A DNA stretch of 64,000 bases from a virus. Its lineage: Duplodnaviria > Caudoviricetes. The notes under the pieces are model-generated. The model made no database searches. It saw only the letters and a list, made by a program, of their open reading frames with translations, and was not told the origin of the DNA. Below are positions 59,495-64,000 of the stretch, piece after piece; position 1 is the stretch's first letter; the number at the start of each line of letters is the position of its first letter. A program made the translations under genes and the position numbers. Location of the stretch: IMG/VR virus record IMGVR_UViG_3300037851_000542, positions 128,001 to 192,000 of that record. The stretch is one strand, 5' to 3'.

Positions 59495-60565
59495 TTATAG
59501 AGATCTATCAATAACACCCATAACTAGCATTCTAGGATCTAGTACAGCAATACCGTACTGTTGCCATCCATAGAAACCTTGCTTACCGTGTCTATGTAGA
59601 GTCTCGTCATCAAACAATTGTAGTTCTTGTTTAACAGGCATTACCAAAGAATCATTAACAGATAGATCAAATCCGAAGATTTGAGTTTCACCTGGGGTAA
59701 CTACTTGAAGGTTAGCATCAACAATATTAGCATTAGTTGGAGTATAGTCGTTGAAACTTCCACCAGCTCCTACTTTAAAAACACCGCCAGTAGAGGCATT
59801 TCCGTTAATATTATAAACACCTTGTGCTCCAAGTTGATGTACTTCGTGAAAAGTAACTCCCCACAGACTTCCCAAACCGCCTGCCTTGAAGATAACATTT
59901 CTTGACATATCGTCAATCTGTGATTCTGACCATTCTCTCATATCAGCCATATCTTCTGGTGACATATAAAGATCTGTCAAAGTTCTACGATTTCTCTTCA
60001 TTTTAGTCATCATACTGTTCAATAACTCTTTAGAGAAGAACCCTTCTGAAGCGCCGCCTGCAATTTCAACAATTGGAGCAGGTCTTGGTTTTAACAAACC
60101 TTTACCTGGGAACGCACTTGTTACTGAAGGTACAAGAACTCTCCAAGCAGACTCTTCTTCGTAATCAATCATTGCTCTTGCAGCTACTTTCATAGCTCTT
60201 TGTGCAATGTCAATACGTCCATCTCTAGCGTAGTCTAGAGCCCAATCAAAAGATGTTCCGACTTTAAAAATTGGAACAATAACTTCTTCTCCGGCTAGTT
60301 CGATAAAGTTCTGTGGAACTGCTCCAACCTTAGGAAGTACAAATACTGTACCTTCAAAGTCGTCTGCAATAGGGTAAGCAGCCTGTGCGCCAGGTGCTAG
60401 GTTTTCTACAGAAAAAAGTTGACGAGCTAAAGACATATCCTTTACATCCTGAAGGATCGGGACTGTTATAGCTTGCGCTACTGCTTTTCTAAGCTCTGGA
60501 TCAGCCCCTTGTGCTGCCGTTGCTTTTAAAAGCTCGATTAATTGATTTTTATTATCTATATCCAT
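59495..60565 (-). CDS. Major capsid protein (HK97 fold)
   Basis: 356 aa; SD AGGAGG; strong terminator; follows protease-scaffold-decoration; GFYGWQQYGIAVLDPR C-terminal pattern. Confidence 0.88.
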   Translation of the reverse strand: MDIDNKNQLIELLKATAAQGADPELRKAVAQAITVPILQDVKDMSLARQLFSVENLAPGAQAAYPIADDFEGTVFVLPKVGAVPQNFIELAGEEVIVPIFKVGTSFDWALDYARDGRIDIAQRAMKVAARAMIDYEEESAWRVLVPSVTSAFPGKGLLKPRPAPIVEIAGGASEGFFSKELLNSMMTKMKRNRRTLTDLYMSPEDMADMREWSESQIDDMSRNVIFKAGGLGSLWGVTFHEVHQLGAQGVYNINGNASTGGVFKVGAGGSFNDYTPTNANIVDANLQVVTPGETQIFGFDLSVNDSLVMPVKQELQLFDDETLHRHGKQGFYGWQQYGIAVLDPRMLVMGVIDRSL

Positions 60566-60582
60566 TTATAATTTTCCTCCTA

Positions 60583-61104
60583 TTACAACAACATTTTTAT
60601 AGCCAAAGGCTTTTGAGCAGATGCTTCTTCGTCCGTAAGAGGTTGAGTAGCAACTGCAATTACTTTAGCAGAGCCCCCTTCTTGAACTACCGATCCTGAA
60701 ACAGGAGTAGGTGTATTTACTAATTTTGAATTATCGTCGCTAACTGCAGCGTCAGTTAAACAGTAAAGTTTTGTTCCTGCGTCAATCCCTGCAGATCCAG
60801 AGTATTTGTAGTGAGTAGTCTCGAAAAGACCACCAGCTCCAATATATACAAGTACTGGGTCGCCTAGAAAAGCATCAACAGAACCTAATTCACCTGGGAA
60901 TAGAAAATTCTGTGGTAAACCAGGAATAGGAGATTTAACGTTATTGAACAGAATTCCGTAAGGAACTTGTCCGCTAGTAGTTATTTTTGCAATAGTGCCG
61001 TCGGCTTGGAGTTTAACAATAGATCCGCCTGCGGTAGCACCACTTGCAGCATCGTGATCATGAAGTGGATCTTCATTTACTGGAAGTCTTGGATTTAATA
61101 CCAT
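60583..61104 (-). CDS. Capsid decoration/cement protein
   Basis: GSIVKLQADG...PYGIL...LVYIGAGGLFET beta-tulip-like pattern immediately upstream of the capsid gene. Confidence 0.7.
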   Translation of the reverse strand: MVLNPRLPVNEDPLHDHDAASGATAGGSIVKLQADGTIAKITTSGQVPYGILFNNVKSPIPGLPQNFLFPGELGSVDAFLGDPVLVYIGAGGLFETTHYKYSGSAGIDAGTKLYCLTDAAVSDDNSKLVNTPTPVSGSVVQEGGSAKVIAVATQPLTDEEASAQKPLAIKMLL

Positions 61105-61119
61105 AATATGTACCTACCT

Positions 61120-61872
61120 TTATTTATTTTTAAATGTATAAATACCTGTAAAAGCCTTTACTAAATCTAGTTCAGTTTTTACAGATGCTTGTTCTTTTAC
61201 AACAGATGAATCTACTTCACCTTCTTCAGCCAACTCTTCAATTACAACAGCTTTTTTAGAAATCTTTAAATTTTTTATAGCTCTTGAAACTAGGTCTTCA
61301 ACTTCTTCATCAGAAGCTGCTTGTTCTGGTTGATCATTACAGATTGAAGCGGCTACTTGAGCTGCATCAATTTGTGGGGTATTAATTTCAGATTTTTCAG
61401 CATAAGATAATTTTATGCTTTCAAAAATATCAACTAATTCTGTTTTATAGGACTCAAATTGCTCATTGGTCATTTCTGTTACTTTTTGAGCCTGCTCTCT
61501 TAGTCCGCCTTCACTGTTTCTTAATAGTTTTAGTTCTTCTAATTCAGACAACCTGTGATTTAAAATTTTAGCGTCTTCTATAAGTTTTAGTTCTTTTGCA
61601 TATTGGTTTTTTTGTTGTATTACCTCAGCAAGTTGGGCTTTTAGAGCCTCCATTTCAACTTTAACTTCTGCCAATTCCGCATTCTTCAATGTGGTTTCTT
61701 CCAAACTTAAAGAATGAAGCTCTTCGAGTTCAACTACTTGATCTGCCAATTCTTGCTTAATACTGGCTAGATCCTCCATTGCGGACTCCAAGCTTACGTG
61801 TTCTTCGTTTGGAGTTTTCTCCACTTCTGGTGTTTCTGTATTTTTCTTTGCCATTTCCAAAGAAACCTCCAT
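61120..61872 (-). CDS. Capsid scaffolding protein
   Basis: Very acidic coiled coil between protease and decoration genes. Confidence 0.7.
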   Translation of the reverse strand: MEVSLEMAKKNTETPEVEKTPNEEHVSLESAMEDLASIKQELADQVVELEELHSLSLEETTLKNAELAEVKVEMEALKAQLAEVIQQKNQYAKELKLIEDAKILNHRLSELEELKLLRNSEGGLREQAQKVTEMTNEQFESYKTELVDIFESIKLSYAEKSEINTPQIDAAQVAASICNDQPEQAASDEEVEDLVSRAIKNLKISKKAVVIEELAEEGEVDSSVVKEQASVKTELDLVKAFTGIYTFKNK

Positions 61873-62022
61873 TATATATTGTTTAGTTTCGCTTTTAACT
61901 TATTTAATTCTTTAAAACATATAAATAACTGATATCTATACATTCCTATAAAGCCCATAGTACAAATAATAAAATTTTTTAATACTTTAATATTTATATG
62001 GTTTTTATTTAAATTATTAAAT

Positions 62023-64000
62023 TTAACTTTCACGATCTTTAGTTAACCTGTTTCTAAAACTTTCAGTATTAATATTAAATTTGCTTGCAGCTCTTAAGAT
62101 ATTCACTGAAATTCTTGATCTTTCTTCTATACTTAACTCTTCTAATTTTAAGAAACTATACCTACTCATTGCTGCTAACACTTGTTCTCTAGAAGATAAT
62201 GGAAGAAGTTGTAATCTTGGTACTGCATACTCTGTATTAAATACCTCATTTGCTTTTAACTTAAATAATGCGTTCTTTTCAAACTCTTTTGTATTAATAC
62301 CGAATTTATCTGCAGCAACTATTAAATTTACAAATAATTCTTTTTTCTTAGAAAAAGATTTTATTTTTTTACAGATATTGTTGTATATAGCCATAGTGCT
62401 TTTAACATATTGATCTGTATGAAGAGGAAATTGACGCTCAGATTGGAGTCCGAAATCGCTACTTTTTAAACTTGCCCGTTCAGAGGCTGTCATAGGTTTA
62501 ACGTGTATAGGAAAATCCATATAAGGATTACTTATTTTTAGCGCTTTTTTTGGTTTAATTGGCGCTGAAGGAATATCAGTATCTTCTAAAGAAGGTGTAT
62601 CAATTGTAGTATCCACCATTGTATCTTTTGATAATTTATTACCTTTTATATCATTATTTGTTGTGCCCCTAAGATCATCAGTAGTCATATTATCGTAGTC
62701 TAGTTTATCATTTATGATCTGCTCCTCAGTCATTTGAGAGGGCATATCACCAGCGGATAATATTTCTATATTCTCATCAGATAATGGTGTACTTGGATTA
62801 AATGCAGTTGGTACTGTATAGTAATCATTTACATACCCCATTTTTGTCATTCTGGCATATTTATTTCTTAGGCAATCTTTATCTTGCGCGTTTGCTCCAA
62901 GTACTGTGCAAGGCTTATTAAACAAGCTGCACCAATGCGTGGCAATTAATTTACCCTGTTGAATACCTTTGTCTCTTTGGAATACATATTTTTTAAAATT
63001 TACACATAATCCTGCAGTACTATTATCTGGACCAAACCTAGACGCTAAAGCTGCGGCTTCTTTAGACCCACCTATAGATATTATCTCTTTTATAGATCCT
63101 GCATCTGAGGTTTTATATAATACTCCTTCAGCATTTTTAATATCACTTGCTGCGTTTGTAGCTGCAAAATTACTATTTAAACTTAGTATTGTATAGGCGT
63201 GCTCGTTGCCTGACTTTTTAGCTACTTCAGTTAAAAGTACTGCGGTTTTTTGTGCCTCATTATAATCAATAGTAAAGGAGTCTTTTATTAATTCAAAAGA
63301 ATCTTTAGAGTTTTTTGCTACCAAGTAACCATAACTACCAGTCTGTAGAATTGCGGAACTATCAAGATCTTCTGAAAGTGGGGAGTCTTGTACTTGTTCG
63401 TTTTGTAGGCTTACTGTGGCAGCCTCTTTATCCTCTAATAGGCTACTTTGATCTAGAAGATGCTCAGCACTGTTAGCTGCTTCTAGTATTATTGACCTAT
63501 CATTTGCTGGATTCTTTACTATACCGCACCCACAAAATTTGATATTCCTTAGGACTCTGGATACCATATGAGTACCTAAAGATTGACCACCTACTACCAA
63601 ATTTAAATGATTTAATATAGATTGATTAGTTTTTCCTATTAAATTGGTACCTAGATCCTCTTTTTTAATTATTTTACTTCCAATTTTTATATCAAAATCT
63701 GAATAATAACACTCCATAGATACTTTCCATTCACCTGCTGCTACTTCTTCTGCTATTTCTGGAAACCTATCTTTATATATTACTGCTACAATGCCAACAT
63801 CCATTTCTGATGAATCTAAGGAAGCTATCATTGTTGAATAATCTTCTGATTTTTCTTTTTTGCACTCTGCTTGTAGCTTATTGTATAAACTATCTATATC
63901 TAATACATCACCATTCTGATCAAAATACATACTAGAATAAATATGTCCTATAATTTTATCCTCTTTATGTTCTAGATCTAGAGCCTTTAAATTAATTGTA
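62023..64000 (-). CDS. Prohead protease with C-terminal DUF6582-like repeats; 5'-truncated (frame stays open to the window edge)
   Basis: Upstream of ATG 63930 the frame reads TINLKALDLEHKEDKIIGHIYSS (candidate catalytic His); WKVSMEC (Ser); FCGCGIVKNPAN; two DFGL..ERQFPL/EYAVP....LPL repeats. Confidence 0.8.
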   Translation of the reverse strand, partial: TINLKALDLEHKEDKIIGHIYSSMYFDQNGDVLDIDSLYNKLQAECKKEKSEDYSTMIASLDSSEMDVGIVAVIYKDRFPEIAEEVAAGEWKVSMECYYSDFDIKIGSKIIKKEDLGTNLIGKTNQSILNHLNLVVGGQSLGTHMVSRVLRNIKFCGCGIVKNPANDRSIILEAANSAEHLLDQSSLLEDKEAATVSLQNEQVQDSPLSEDLDSSAILQTGSYGYLVAKNSKDSFELIKDSFTIDYNEAQKTAVLLTEVAKKSGNEHAYTILSLNSNFAATNAASDIKNAEGVLYKTSDAGSIKEIISIGGSKEAAALASRFGPDNSTAGLCVNFKKYVFQRDKGIQQGKLIATHWCSLFNKPCTVLGANAQDKDCLRNKYARMTKMGYVNDYYTVPTAFNPSTPLSDENIEILSAGDMPSQMTEEQIINDKLDYDNMTTDDLRGTTNNDIKGNKLSKDTMVDTTIDTPSLEDTDIPSAPIKPKKALKISNPYMDFPIHVKPMTASERASLKSSDFGLQSERQFPLHTDQYVKSTMAIYNNICKKIKSFSKKKELFVNLIVAADKFGINTKEFEKNALFKLKANEVFNTEYAVPRLQLLPLSSREQVLAAMSRYSFLKLEELSIEERSRISVNILRAASKFNINTESFRNRLTKDRES

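Noticed and set aside
1-64000. Stop-codon reassignment
   Set aside because: Standard-code ORFs tile the window, including 1790- and 2542-aa genes, and TAA, TAG and TGA all act as stops.

Overview
This AT-rich, gene-dense window is the virion morphogenesis region of a large tailed bacteriophage, most likely a big siphovirus since no tail sheath is recognisable. It reads in the standard genetic code and is mostly on the minus strand. Reading from the right edge leftwards, the order is: prohead protease (truncated by the window edge), scaffold, capsid decoration protein, HK97-fold major capsid protein, a fibre-like protein, neck/head-tail genes and a putative holin/spanin cassette. Next come the tail terminator, a major tail tube protein with a duplicated tube domain, assembly chaperones, a 2542-aa tape measure, hub/baseplate genes, and a large set of paralogous fibre, propeller and Ig-domain proteins. 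Interspersed accessory genes are a Hef-like homing endonuclease, a secreted trypsin, an FAD oxidoreductase under a sigma70 promoter, a possible TIM-barrel hydrolase, a GT4 glycosyltransferase, ClpP and PIN-PhoH. Main observations: (1) surface-type virion proteins are strongly and directionally enriched in Ser-Gly (for example 24 SG vs 5 GS in 528 aa; none in the major capsid protein) and lie next to a phage GT4, suggesting a virion O-glycosylation system; (2) an unannotated ORF is put out of frame by an 8-bp tandem repeat, a possible phase-variation switch; (3) a recurrent TATACTA(T) motif upstream of structural genes is a likely phage late promoter. Product calls are from motif recognition by eye; no database searches were run.
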